A DNA stretch of 64,000 nucleotides from Dehalococcoidia bacterium (GCA_965220255.1 OZ244816.1:1736491-1800490); one strand, 5' to 3'. Positions 19,637-29,118 are shown, numbered from the stretch's first letter. Translations and numbers: made by a program. The notes: generated by a model from the letters alone, not told the origin.

Positions 19637-20272
19637 ATGGCCCTGACGGTCTACGACTATCGTACTGATGTCCGCAGCGTACTTGTAACTCCACAGATAC
19701 GTTCGCGCTTCATGCGGCTGGAGGCGGGAGAGGCGGCAGAGCCGCACTCCCACGATCTCGGTCACGAGATATTCCTCGTGCTGGACGGACGGGCTGAGTT
19801 CACGATCGACGGCGAGACGGGCGAGGTCGGGCCGGGCCAGATGGTAGTCGCGCTTGTGGACCAACTCCATTCGCTCCGCGTGCTGGGCGACAAGCCGATG
19901 ACGATGTATCTGTCGGTGACACCGCACATCCAGCCGACTCACACGATGTGGACACCGGAGGGTGGGCGGATGCCGCATAGATTCGCGTCGTCCACGGCCT
20001 ATGATGTGGAGACGGACACGACAACCCCATTCGACGAATTGCTCGACAGGCTGACTGCCGCAACCCTCGCTGTCCGCGACGCTGCCGACCTTGCAGCCGG
20101 GACGCAGTCCGATGAAGCCGCAGCGTTGAAGTCCGCCGTTGCCGATGGAGACCTCAACTCTGCGTCGGCGTCCCGCAGCGACGTTTGGGACGCCCTCTTA
20201 GAGGTCTACCGCCGCTCCGCCGAGTTGGCCGATTTGTGGAACGACGTTGCGCCCCGTGCGGGAAGGACATGA
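19637..20272 (+). CDS. Cupin domain protein
   Basis: Cupin motif EPHSHDLGHEIFLVLDGRAEFTIDGE...GPGQMVV. Its stop overlaps the next start (ATGA). Confidence 0.75.
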   Translation: MALTVYDYRTDVRSVLVTPQIRSRFMRLEAGEAAEPHSHDLGHEIFLVLDGRAEFTIDGETGEVGPGQMVVALVDQLHSLRVLGDKPMTMYLSVTPHIQPTHTMWTPEGGRMPHRFASSTAYDVETDTTTPFDELLDRLTAATLAVRDAADLAAGTQSDEAAALKSAVADGDLNSASASRSDVWDALLEVYRRSAELADLWNDVAPRAGRT

Positions 20273-21357
20273 GCAACACTATGGATCCCGTTCGAATAGG
20301 CGTCGTTGGATGCGGCGCCATCGCACAGGTACAGCACCTGCCTTTCCTTACGGAGCTGGCCGAAGAGTTCGAGGTCGTCGCCGTCTGCGATGCTTCACCT
20401 TCAGCGGTCGAGTACGCCGCGCGGCTGTATCACGTGCCCAATCACTACACCGACTACCTCTCGATGCTCAACTCGGACATCGACGCCGTGCTGATGTGCC
20501 ACTATGACCCGAAGACGGAGGTCGCCGTGGCCTCCCTGGAAGCAGGGAAGCACGTCTTCGTCGAAAAGCCGGTCTGCTACTCCAACGAAGAGTTCAGCAG
20601 GATTGAAGAGGCCGCCCGACGTTCGGGCAGAGTAGCGCAGGCGGGGTACATGAAGCTCTACGAGCCCGCGTATGAAATGGCCAAGCCTGAGATCGAGGCC
20701 ATGGACGACATCCGATTCGTCCAGATAAACCATCTGCATCCCGATAATGACCTCCACGTTGCCCAGTTCAGGACGCGGTCATTCGACGATGTGCCACAAG
20801 ACGTGATTGAGAAGACGAGCGCCGCCCGGCAGATTGCTGTTCGGCAGGCAATTGGGGATGCTCCCCCCGAGGCCGTCCGTGCGTTCGGGACGATAGCCGG
20901 AAGCATGATCCACGACCTGTACGGGTTGAGAGACCTGTTCGGTGTGCCCAGCAGGGTAATTGGTACCGAGATTTGGCAGGACGGCGGCGCGATATCGACG
21001 ATTTTGGAGTATCCCCAGGGCATTCGCTGCGTGGCGTCCTGGATAGACCTTCCCGATCTATGGGACTTCTACGAGACTCTTGAGGTCTATGGAAGCAGTA
21101 AGCGCGTCATCATCTCGTATCCGACGGGTTTCTCACGTGAGGTCGCGGACCTGAAGATCCACGAGATCGACGGGAACGGGACCAGCATCGTGAAGGAGCC
21201 GGCGCTCGACTGGGAGAGTCCGTTCCGCCGGGAACTGCGCCACTTCCATGACTGCATCGTCAACGGCACGCCGTCGAGGTCGCCACTCGTCGACGCGGGT
21301 CAGGATGTCGCACTGGTGATAGACATTGTGAAAGCGTATTTGGAGGGTGGCCAGTAG
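20269..21357 (+). CDS. Gfo/Idh/MocA family oxidoreductase
   Basis: ATG at 20269 gives MSNTMDPVRIGVVGCGAIAQ (Rossmann N-terminus). EKPV motif (HVFVEKPV). Confidence 0.85.
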   Translation: MSNTMDPVRIGVVGCGAIAQVQHLPFLTELAEEFEVVAVCDASPSAVEYAARLYHVPNHYTDYLSMLNSDIDAVLMCHYDPKTEVAVASLEAGKHVFVEKPVCYSNEEFSRIEEAARRSGRVAQAGYMKLYEPAYEMAKPEIEAMDDIRFVQINHLHPDNDLHVAQFRTRSFDDVPQDVIEKTSAARQIAVRQAIGDAPPEAVRAFGTIAGSMIHDLYGLRDLFGVPSRVIGTEIWQDGGAISTILEYPQGIRCVASWIDLPDLWDFYETLEVYGSSKRVIISYPTGFSREVADLKIHEIDGNGTSIVKEPALDWESPFRRELRHFHDCIVNGTPSRSPLVDAGQDVALVIDIVKAYLEGGQ

Positions 21358-21467
21358 TAGACAGTTTCGCGTGACCGGTTTCCTTGTGGCGAGGGTGTCA
21401 TTGGGTGGGTAGGCAGAGCTTCGAGTTGTCCGTGATCAGGGCAATTCCATTGTGGTAGCATTGGTAT

Positions 21468-21701
21468 GTGAAGACGATTCGGGTTGAGTTCGACGATGCC
21501 ATGCTGGAAAGGTTCGACAGGCATCCTGCAGTCCGTGAGAGAGGCCGATCTGCAGTAATGCGGGAGGCCGTAGGCGCGTATCTTCAGGAAACGGACACCG
21601 AAGACATCGCAGGACGCTACCAATCCGGTTATCGCAGCACCCCGGCGATCGACGACGAACTCGAAGGCTGGACCAACCAGGCCGTATGGCCGAAGGACTA
21701 G
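21468..21701 (+). CDS. Ribbon-helix-helix (CopG/antitoxin-like) protein
   Basis: 77 aa. KTIRVEFDDAMLERFD...RSAVMREAVGAYL fits the RHH strand-helix-helix pattern. GTG start. Confidence 0.5.
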   Translation: MKTIRVEFDDAMLERFDRHPAVRERGRSAVMREAVGAYLQETDTEDIAGRYQSGYRSTPAIDDELEGWTNQAVWPKD

Positions 21702-21719
21702 GCTCCGGACCGCGCCAAA

Positions 21720-21830
21720 CTGTCATTCCGAGCCCAGCGAGGAATCTAGGGCCTTTGCCCTGACACCACACCATCCGGCGGTCAGCGACTTTAGATTCCT
21801 CACACCGCTTCGTTGCATTCGGAATGACAG
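21720..21830. repeat. Inverted pair of CTGTCATTCCGAG...GAGGAATCTA arms (MITE-like hairpin)
   Basis: ctgtcattccgagcccagcgaggaatctaggg ... ctttagattcctcacaccgcttcgttgcattcggaatgacag. Confidence 0.75.
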
Positions 21831-22020
21831 ATGCTGCGGTCTCCGAAAGCCCGCCCTTTTTCCCACTCTGCGCTCTCCGCGCTCTCTGTGGTGAATACTT
21901 TTACGCTTTGGAAAGGCCCTTCTGCGGCCTCGAAAATCTTGACTCCGTGAAGCCTTGAACCCTACAATACGGCCTTCGGGCGACGTGGGCCTCCTAGATT
22001 TCTCAAGGGTCGGTGTCGTT

Positions 22021-22560
22021 ATGCACTTTAACGTTTCGCAGCTTGTCCGTGAGACCGCCGGCTCCACCAGGGAGCACCCGGTCGAAGACCGTATCGTCTT
22101 CCGCGACAACCTGATCGAAGTGGACGGCAGCGTCCGGTTCGTCAGGACGGATAAGGGAGTCTGGGTCACCGCACTCTTGAGCACGAAGGTGGAGTCCGAG
22201 TGCGGACGGTGCCTCGATCCCTACGTCCAGCCCGTGGAGATAACCATCGACGAGGAGGCGATTCCCCTGCTGGACCCGATCACGGGCCATCGTTCCAAGG
22301 ACGAGTTGGACCCCGAGGAGAACCTCGTCATCAACGAGGACAACATCCTCGACCTGACCGAGGCCGCCGGGCAGTACATCTCCCTTGGCCTGCCGATGCA
22401 GCCGCTCTGCCATCCTGAATGCGCCGGCCTCTGCGCCTCATGCGGCGTCAACCGCAACGACGAGCAATGCGAGTGCGACCGAGTCCAGATCGACAGCAGG
22501 TGGGGACCACTGCTGGACGCATTCCCTTCCGTAGAAGCAATGAACCTGAGTAAGAACTAA
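22021..22560 (+). CDS. yceD: YceD/DUF177 family protein
   Basis: CGRC ... CHPECAGLCASCGVNRNDEQCEC cysteine pattern. Located directly upstream of rpmF. Confidence 0.8.
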   Translation: MHFNVSQLVRETAGSTREHPVEDRIVFRDNLIEVDGSVRFVRTDKGVWVTALLSTKVESECGRCLDPYVQPVEITIDEEAIPLLDPITGHRSKDELDPEENLVINEDNILDLTEAAGQYISLGLPMQPLCHPECAGLCASCGVNRNDEQCECDRVQIDSRWGPLLDAFPSVEAMNLSKN

Positions 22561-22642
22561 GAACACCTTGACCTCAAGCCGCTCGACGGGCGAACCTACG
22601 CAGGGCATGTCGAGCGATAGCGCCGAGAAGGACTGAACAACT

Positions 22643-22843
22643 ATGCCAGGCGGACCAGTACCAAAGAAGAAGCACTCGCGCTCACGTCGCGGAAAGCGAG
22701 CAGCGCACCAGTTCCTGAACGTCCCGACACTCGTCGACTGTCCGGACTGCCCGGCGAAGATGCGACCGCACCATGTGTGCCCCACCTGTGGGTTCTACAA
22801 TGGGCGTGAGATCATCCCGAGCGAGGAGATCGAAGTCGAGTAG
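22643..22843 (+). CDS. rpmF: 50S ribosomal protein L32
   Basis: MPGGPVPKKKHSRSRRGKRAAH... and CPDCPAKMRPHHVCPTCGFY. Confidence 0.9.
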   Translation: MPGGPVPKKKHSRSRRGKRAAHQFLNVPTLVDCPDCPAKMRPHHVCPTCGFYNGREIIPSEEIEVE

Positions 22844-22853
22844 GAGTCGACGA

Positions 22854-23813
22854 TTGACCTTGCGTTTTTCTCCTCCGCCAAGAGGTACCGACACGGCGTT
22901 CCTGTTCCCCGGACAGGGGACGCAGAGTGTTGGCATGGGCGAGGAACTCTACAACAACTCCGGCGCCGCGCGGGATGTCTTCCACGAAGTCGACATGGCC
23001 CTCGGCCGTCCGTTGACGCGCCTCCTCTTCGAGGGGCCGGACGAGACGCTCCGTGAGACAGTTAACGCACAGCCGGCAATTATGTCCGTCAGTCTCGCGA
23101 CGATGCGAGCGATGCAGGACTACCTCGGCGACGATGCGACGCCACGGCCTGCCCTCGTAGCGGGTCACAGCCTCGGCGAATACACCGCCCTCGCGGTGGC
23201 CGGTGTGCTGGACATAGGTGAGACGGCGTGGCTCGTCCAGGAGCGAGGACGCCTGATGCAGGAGGCCTGCGAAAGGCAGTCTGGCAGCATGGCCGCGGTC
23301 ATGGGACTCGACGCAATGGTGCTGGAGCAGATCTGCCGGGAGACCGGCACGGTCATTTCCACCGTCAACACACCCGACCAGATCGTCATCGCGGGCGAGC
23401 GACGCGCACTGGCAAACGCACTCGACCTGGCGAACGCGCGTGGCGCGAAGAAGGCAGTGCCGTTGCGGGTCGCGGGAGCCTTCCATTCGCCGCTGATGGA
23501 GCCGGCCCAGGCCGGACTCATCGACGCCGTTGAGAGCCTCAAATTTAAAGACCCGTCCATCCCCATCGTCGCCAACTGCACGGCCAAGCCGGTCACCAAG
23601 GGCGAGGACGTCAAGCGAGAGCTCATCGCGGGAATCTGCAACTGCGTTCACTGGAGCCGCTCGGTCGACTACATGATGGGCAACGGCGTCAGCCGCTTCA
23701 TCGAGGTCGGCCCCGGCCGTGTGCTGAGCGGAATGGTCAAGCGGATCAACCGGCGAGCAGACGTGCAGGCCGTCAGCGACTGGGACTCCATCGTCCGGCT
23801 CAACCGCAACTAG
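22854..23813 (+). CDS. fabD: Malonyl-CoA:ACP transacylase
   Basis: FLFPGQGTQSVGMG and active site GHSLGEYTALAVAG. Start uncertain (TTG at 22854 or 22860). The longer ORF from 22773 overlaps rpmF. Confidence 0.85.
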   Translation: MTLRFSPPPRGTDTAFLFPGQGTQSVGMGEELYNNSGAARDVFHEVDMALGRPLTRLLFEGPDETLRETVNAQPAIMSVSLATMRAMQDYLGDDATPRPALVAGHSLGEYTALAVAGVLDIGETAWLVQERGRLMQEACERQSGSMAAVMGLDAMVLEQICRETGTVISTVNTPDQIVIAGERRALANALDLANARGAKKAVPLRVAGAFHSPLMEPAQAGLIDAVESLKFKDPSIPIVANCTAKPVTKGEDVKRELIAGICNCVHWSRSVDYMMGNGVSRFIEVGPGRVLSGMVKRINRRADVQAVSDWDSIVRLNRN

Positions 23814-23832
23814 AACCTTCCCCCCTTTCGCA

Positions 23833-24306
23833 TTGACCACGAACACCACCCTCAAGCAACCAGCCAAGGCCGTCACCCGGCGCAAGGCACGCGTCATTGC
23901 CGTCCAGGTGCTGTACGAGGTCGACGGCTCAGACCACGAGGTTGAGAGCGCGCTTGCGACCCGGCTCGACGACTCCGCCGTTACGCCTGACTCGGATGTG
24001 TTTACGCGGAAACTCGTTCACGGGGTACTTGCCAACAGGCCGAAAATCGATAAGATAATAGCGACGCACGCGCCGAACTGGCCGATCCAGCAGATGGCGA
24101 TGGTAGACCGTAACATCCTGCGCGTCGCCATCTACGAAATCCTGATGGCCGGTGAGACGCCGCCGAAGGTCGCTATCAACGAGGCCGTGGAACTTGGTAA
24201 GATATACGGGGCCGACAGATCGCCGATGTTCGTCAACGGCGTCCTCGGGGCCCTGATGCACAATAGAGAACAGTACGAAACGTCGAACACCGCTTCGGAC
24301 GAATAG
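23833..24306 (+). CDS. nusB: Transcription antitermination factor NusB
   Basis: [16 protein letters not shown]..., [18 protein letters not shown]. Confidence 0.85.
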   Translation: MTTNTTLKQPAKAVTRRKARVIAVQVLYEVDGSDHEVESALATRLDDSAVTPDSDVFTRKLVHGVLANRPKIDKIIATHAPNWPIQQMAMVDRNILRVAIYEILMAGETPPKVAINEAVELGKIYGADRSPMFVNGVLGALMHNREQYETSNTASDE

Positions 24307-24320
24307 GGAGGACAACAACT

Positions 24321-24578
24321 ATGGCAAGTCTCTTGGAACGAGTTCAGGAAGTCGTCGCCGACAAGCTGAGCGTTGACACCGAGGAGGTCACTCCCGACGC
24401 GTCATTCACAGAAGACCTCAACGCCGACTCGCTCGATCTCGTCGAGCTCATCATGGCCTTCGAGGAGGAGTTCGGAGACGACGACAATCCCCTCGAGATT
24501 TCCGACGAGGACGCCGAGTCCATCACCACCGTCCAAGCCGCCCTGGACTACCTCTCAGAGCACGGCGCCGGCGAGTAG
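24321..24578 (+). CDS. acpP: Acyl carrier protein
   Basis: [21 protein letters not shown] (phosphopantetheine Ser in DSLD). SD GGGAGG. Confidence 0.9.
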   Translation: MASLLERVQEVVADKLSVDTEEVTPDASFTEDLNADSLDLVELIMAFEEEFGDDDNPLEISDEDAESITTVQAALDYLSEHGAGE

Positions 24579-24616
24579 CGCCGCTACTCCAAAACTCAGC
24601 ACGCGACTTCATTTAC

Positions 24617-24652
24617 ACGGGCAGACCGGGCGCGGTCTGTCCGTTGTTGTGT
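24617..24652 (+). terminator. Putative intrinsic terminator after acpP
   Basis: acgggcagaccg-ggcg-cggtctgtccgt: 12-bp stem with one G-U pair, followed by tgttgtgt. Confidence 0.5.
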
Positions 24653-24799
24653 CAGGCGACTCACTGCGCGAGCAACTCATAGAGATGTCGGTTTCTCTCG
24701 AGGCCGGCTTGGAAATGAGCCATCACTTCCGGACGAACCTTCTGCCGGGCCTTGTTGTCCAGGTACTCCCGCGATCTCTCCGGTCTCTGTGGTGAGTTC

Positions 24800-25261
24800 C
24801 TACGCATCACTTTCCGCCTTGTTCCTTCGCCGCAGGACGATGTATGTGACGACCGTCGACGTTATCAGGCTCAGTAGGCCGCCGATGAGGATGTCGATGG
24901 GCACGAGGATGGTGGGCCATGTCTTCATCATCAGGAAGATCGGGACGATGTACGTGGCGTAGGCCGCGCAGCCGAGGACGAAGCTGTTCTTCATCGCCCT
25001 GATGAGGTTGTTCTCCTTCAGGGCGGGCTCGATGGCGAGGTAGCTGTTGCCGAGCGCGATCAGCCCCAGGAACACGAGCAGGGCGAGTCCCTGCTCGACT
25101 CCCCACGTGTCCATCTTCCTGCCGAACTCGTCGAGCAGCGCGTCGTTGCCGCTGGCCTCGTAGAGACTCTCATACATCCCCATCGCAATGGGCGAGACGT
25201 TCCACCCCACGTCGATGACCGTATATACAACGAATGCCGCTAGGAACCTGATGTAGTGCAT
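24800..25261 (-). CDS. Small integral membrane protein (DUF2177-like)
   Basis: 153 aa with about 4 TM segments. The pattern GCAAYATYIV...TWPTILVPIDILIGG resembles DUF2177, from memory. Confidence 0.5.
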   Translation of the reverse strand: MHYIRFLAAFVVYTVIDVGWNVSPIAMGMYESLYEASGNDALLDEFGRKMDTWGVEQGLALLVFLGLIALGNSYLAIEPALKENNLIRAMKNSFVLGCAAYATYIVPIFLMMKTWPTILVPIDILIGGLLSLITSTVVTYIVLRRRNKAESDA

Positions 25262-25398
25262 GTTTGCCTCGTGTCGTGGGTTGGGAGTGTGGGGGGATTT
25301 GTATCACGCGGGGTGGTGGGTGGGCAAGCGGGGGGTAAGATGCCTCAATCGCTTTGAGGTAGCATCCTAATCTCATAGAATAGTTTTTCCGCAGTCTT

Positions 25399-26349
25399 CT
25401 AGTGGATATAGCCCGGAACTGTCGTCGCATCCTCAAAGATGTCGATGCCGGCAATCTCTTTTACCAAATGGCGGAGCGCGATCAATTCCTCCGGACGATG
25501 GATCCATCTAGTAAGGAAAGCGTCAGGGTCTTCCCGAATCATCGCAAGAGCTTGTTCATTTACAGTTGGTCTACCAGTAAGTAACTCGTACGGGAATTCC
25601 GTTAGAACAGCAAGCCTCCGTAAGTGCTGTTCATCATAGAACTCGGACGGCCACTTGGCACCCTTTTCTCCGTTGCAAGTCGTGCACAAGAGAGTGGCAT
25701 TCTCTGTCGTTAGAGGCCATAGCAACCGGGCTGGAAGCGTATGATCAAGGGCTTCGTTCTGCTCATCAATGTCAGTGTCACACGAAAAACACTGGTATCC
25801 GAATTTCTTACGAATCTTATTCCGATCGAGTCGGGGGGTGTCACCTCCCAACAACCCAAGAAGACGCCGCCGTTCGGAGGCTTCACGGTGCTGTTCGGAG
25901 ATGCGAGTCTTGTTTTTGATCCGGTTATAAGCAGTCTTGCACGATTTACACTCCCCTTGACGCCCCGATTGTGGTCTGGACCCATGCCTCCCGAAAGCGT
26001 CAAGAGGTTTCATTGTGTAGCAGAGTAGGCAGTATTTGTGGTCAAGGGCATCTCGCACGTAGTCGCCATGCTCTACGACAAATTCTGACGACTCGACGAC
26101 CTTCCCCTCCACGATGAGGTCATAGTCGAACAATCGAGTCGCTGCGCCATCGCGCAGTTCATGCAGGCACGACTCGCACCGTAGCCGGAACCCTGGACGT
26201 ATGTCGTCCCGACGGACAACTATCCATGCTTGGCACTCTGCCACCAGACACTGGAATACCTTGAAGACAGTGTCTCCCTGGCCGCGGACATGTGCTGGGC
26301 GGTTCTGCTCGTGTTTCAGGACTTTCGAGTAGGGTCCACGTCTCGGCAA
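25399..26349 (-). CDS. HNH (beta-beta-alpha-Me) endonuclease with N-terminal zinc-ribbon-like modules; candidate restriction endonuclease
   Basis: CFSCDTDIDEQNEALDHTLP...ENATLLCTTCNGEKGAKWP. Upstream Cys pairs CLVAEC...CESC and CLLC...CKSC. TTG start with SD GGAGGA 5 nt upstream. One 60-nt line here is 45% GC. Confidence 0.75.
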   Translation of the reverse strand: MPRRGPYSKVLKHEQNRPAHVRGQGDTVFKVFQCLVAECQAWIVVRRDDIRPGFRLRCESCLHELRDGAATRLFDYDLIVEGKVVESSEFVVEHGDYVRDALDHKYCLLCYTMKPLDAFGRHGSRPQSGRQGECKSCKTAYNRIKNKTRISEQHREASERRRLLGLLGGDTPRLDRNKIRKKFGYQCFSCDTDIDEQNEALDHTLPARLLWPLTTENATLLCTTCNGEKGAKWPSEFYDEQHLRRLAVLTEFPYELLTGRPTVNEQALAMIREDPDAFLTRWIHRPEELIALRHLVKEIAGIDIFEDATTVPGYIH

Positions 26350-26400
26350 GTGACTCCTCCGGCAACTACAATGAGGATTATCGGCGCAAAGCTAGTCTGC

Positions 26401-26449
26401 TGCAATTGCCATTGCATGTAACTACCAAGATATGGTAGTTTCTTGCAAT
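26401..26449. promoter_or_regulatory. Palindromic candidate operators in the divergent nuclease/methylase promoter region
   Basis: TGCAAT-tgcc-ATTGCA (26401-26416). AACTACCA-agata-TGGTAGTT (26420-26440). A third TGCAAT overlaps the MTase ATG (26444-26449). Confidence 0.35.
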
Positions 26450-29117
26450 GGGCGCACCCACATATAAGTCAATCTACTTCCGCGACTTTCCGTCTCCCGA
26501 TTCTCAGCGTAGGGCCCTGACACTCGCCGTCGGAGCTACTGAGCCAGATCTCGCTATGGCGATCCGCAGCATGAGTAGCCACCAACTTCGGACGGCAATC
26601 GGATACTCGTCCTATTCAGCCCTTGTAGCTGCGGCTGCCTCGGCAGACATACCTGTACACACTTTCTGCATTCGTCTCCTCAAGAAGTGGTTAGGTAAGA
26701 AGAAGTCGGAGGCTGGCTCAGATATTCCGGGCCTTGACGGGCCAATCAGCCATCTCATTACGTTCTCGGACGATCGGGCTGCTCCCTTCCAACGCTGGTT
26801 CCCTCTGCTGGAGGGGTATTCTCTCTCATTCGTGGAACTATTGCTAGCCGAGCGTGGAGGAGATGCCACGCGGGTCCTGGATCCCTTTGGTGGAGTAGGA
26901 ACTACTCCACTTGCAGTAGCCCTTAGAGGCTCATCCGCATTCTATGCCGAAGTCAATCCCGTTCTCCAGAAAGTCGCGGATGCTAAGTTCAAGGCACTTG
27001 GCCTGAGTCAATGGGAACGCGCTATGCTGGTAAGTGAACTTCGGTCCTTGGCCGACCAGTTGCCTACTATAGTTGAGTCCGTTGGAGCAGACCAACAGCT
27101 AAGGGATGCGTATGAACGCACGTTCGGTGTCAGTGAATTCTTCGACGAACACACTTTTGAAGCCGTCTTATCAGTACGGCGCGCTATCGATGTGGCAGAG
27201 ACAGGAACCGAACTAACTCGCGATCTGTTTGAGGTTGCCGCAATCGCCTCTCTCCAGCCTGCTTCGTTCCTTATCCGAGCTGGCGACTTGCGATATCGAA
27301 AGGGACGCGAATTGGATCGAAAGGAGCCTTTCATTGACGGGCTCCGCAACCGGGTTCTAGCTATCGCAGACGATGTCGAGGCAATCGAGGATATAACGGA
27401 ACGGCCGCTCTTGGTGGCGGCGGACGCGCAACGTCTTGATCGAATTCCTCCACTCGGTATCGACGCGGTAGTCACGAGCCCACCGTATTTGAATGGAACC
27501 AATTACATACGGAACACCAAACTCGAACTATGGTTCGTGAGAGCGCTTAAGTCGAAATCAGATCTTCGTTCGTATCGCGACGCGGCAATCACTGCGGGAA
27601 TCAACGATGTACGGGGAGCCGAAGTGCCAGTTCGCTTCGACGCCGCACGCGCGGTGGTATCTGACCTAAAGAACAATGCCTATGATTCTAGAATCCCTAG
27701 GATGGTGTCATCGTATCTTAGTGGTATGTCGAAAGTATTTGCTGGACTTGCCCATCACATGAAGTCAGGCGCACCAGTTTTCCTCGACATTGGGGACTCC
27801 GCCTACGGCGGGATCCACGTTCCAACAGACAGGCTGTTAGTCGAGGTAGCTGCCGACTACGGATTTCGATTGCTAAAGAGCGAAGTGCTGAGAACGAGAA
27901 TGTCCCGCACAGAGATCGCCCTCTCTCAGACTCTCCTCACATTCGAGTTTGTGGCTCCTAGCACCACTGCACAAGGGCGGGCAACCGTTCAGTCGTTACC
28001 GTTCGCTGATGGGTGGAAGGCCTTTAAGGCCGACCTTCCTCACCAGAGCGCACCCTATGCAAAGCGCAACTGGGGCAATGCGAGACATAGCATTTGCTCT
28101 TACCAAGGGAAGATGAAACCCTCTCTCGCTAGTCACTTGGTTAATGTCTTTGCACCCGCGAATGGAACTGTCCTTGATCCCTTCGCTGGGGTCGGCACAA
28201 TTCCGTTCGAAGCTTGCCTTACTGGTCGTCGAGGTATCGGATTCGAGATCTCTCCAGCTGCTCTCGCAATCATGAGGGCAAAATTGACTCCTCCTAACCA
28301 GTTGCAGACTATCAGCCTTATCGACGACCTAGAGGAATATATGAACACCGCCGTAGAGGAGGAGATTGATCGGTCTGTAGCGCGCGAAGTGGCTTTCAAC
28401 GGTCCACTAGAGACTTACTTCCACGATAGAACCTTCAAGGAGATACTGGCGGCGAGGGGATATTTTCAACGCTTGCAGGAAACTCCAGCGAAGGCCTTCG
28501 TCCTTGCATGCCTCCTTCACATCCTACACGGGAATCGACCCTACGCCTTGAGCCGTCGATCTCATCCAATAACTCCATTTGCCCCCACTGGGCCGACAGA
28601 ATATCGCGCTCTCATACCCCGTCTTCGAGAGAAGGCAAGGCGGATGATGGACACCCCCTTACCGGGATGTTTCGTACAAGGAGAGGCACTTCTCCAAGAC
28701 GCTACGGCCCCTTGGCCAGGATGCGTTACGGAGGTCGATGCAATCATAACTTCTCCACCATTCTTCGACAGTACTCGCTTCTATCTCGCGAACTGGATAC
28801 GGCTATGGTTTTGCGGTTGGGGAAGGAACGACTTCTCGCTGGAACCACATAGATACGTCGATGAGCGACAAAAGCGTAGTTTCACAGTCTACCAATCAGT
28901 GCTCCGACAGGCTCGCGAGCGACTCAGGCAGGATGGAGTGCTGATTCTGCACCTAGGCAAGAGCCGTAAGAGCAATATGTCGGATGCGCTAGTGCGCGTC
29001 TCCTCGCCATGGTTCCGGGTGGTTGATAGATTCGAAGAGAGCGTAACTCACACTGAATCTCATGGAATTCGAGACAAAGGAACAGTGACATCGCACCAGT
29101 ATCTCGTTTTGGCTTAA
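26448..29117 (+). CDS. Tandem (internally duplicated) N6-adenine/N4-cytosine DNA methyltransferase
   Basis: Two motif sets. VLDPFGGVGTT (from nt 26877) with TSPPY (27477-27488). VLDPFAGVGTI (from nt 28170) with TSPPF (28752-28763). The regions around the motifs resemble each other (DAVVTSPPY...LELWF vs DAIITSPPF...IRLWF). Confidence 0.8.
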   Translation: MGAPTYKSIYFRDFPSPDSQRRALTLAVGATEPDLAMAIRSMSSHQLRTAIGYSSYSALVAAAASADIPVHTFCIRLLKKWLGKKKSEAGSDIPGLDGPISHLITFSDDRAAPFQRWFPLLEGYSLSFVELLLAERGGDATRVLDPFGGVGTTPLAVALRGSSAFYAEVNPVLQKVADAKFKALGLSQWERAMLVSELRSLADQLPTIVESVGADQQLRDAYERTFGVSEFFDEHTFEAVLSVRRAIDVAETGTELTRDLFEVAAIASLQPASFLIRAGDLRYRKGRELDRKEPFIDGLRNRVLAIADDVEAIEDITERPLLVAADAQRLDRIPPLGIDAVVTSPPYLNGTNYIRNTKLELWFVRALKSKSDLRSYRDAAITAGINDVRGAEVPVRFDAARAVVSDLKNNAYDSRIPRMVSSYLSGMSKVFAGLAHHMKSGAPVFLDIGDSAYGGIHVPTDRLLVEVAADYGFRLLKSEVLRTRMSRTEIALSQTLLTFEFVAPSTTAQGRATVQSLPFADGWKAFKADLPHQSAPYAKRNWGNARHSICSYQGKMKPSLASHLVNVFAPANGTVLDPFAGVGTIPFEACLTGRRGIGFEISPAALAIMRAKLTPPNQLQTISLIDDLEEYMNTAVEEEIDRSVAREVAFNGPLETYFHDRTFKEILAARGYFQRLQETPAKAFVLACLLHILHGNRPYALSRRSHPITPFAPTGPTEYRALIPRLREKARRMMDTPLPGCFVQGEALLQDATAPWPGCVTEVDAIITSPPFFDSTRFYLANWIRLWFCGWGRNDFSLEPHRYVDERQKRSFTVYQSVLRQARERLRQDGVLILHLGKSRKSNMSDALVRVSSPWFRVVDRFEESVTHTESHGIRDKGTVTSHQYLVLA

Positions 29118-29118
29118 C

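Noticed and set aside
25262-25398. Island boundary scanned for a tRNA, integrase remnant or att-like direct repeats (also 29118-29176)
   Set aside because: I found no tRNA-like cloverleaf signature (no GTTCGAATC-type T-arm) and no direct repeat shared between the two borders by eye. Only the hairpin at 29119-29148 was found.
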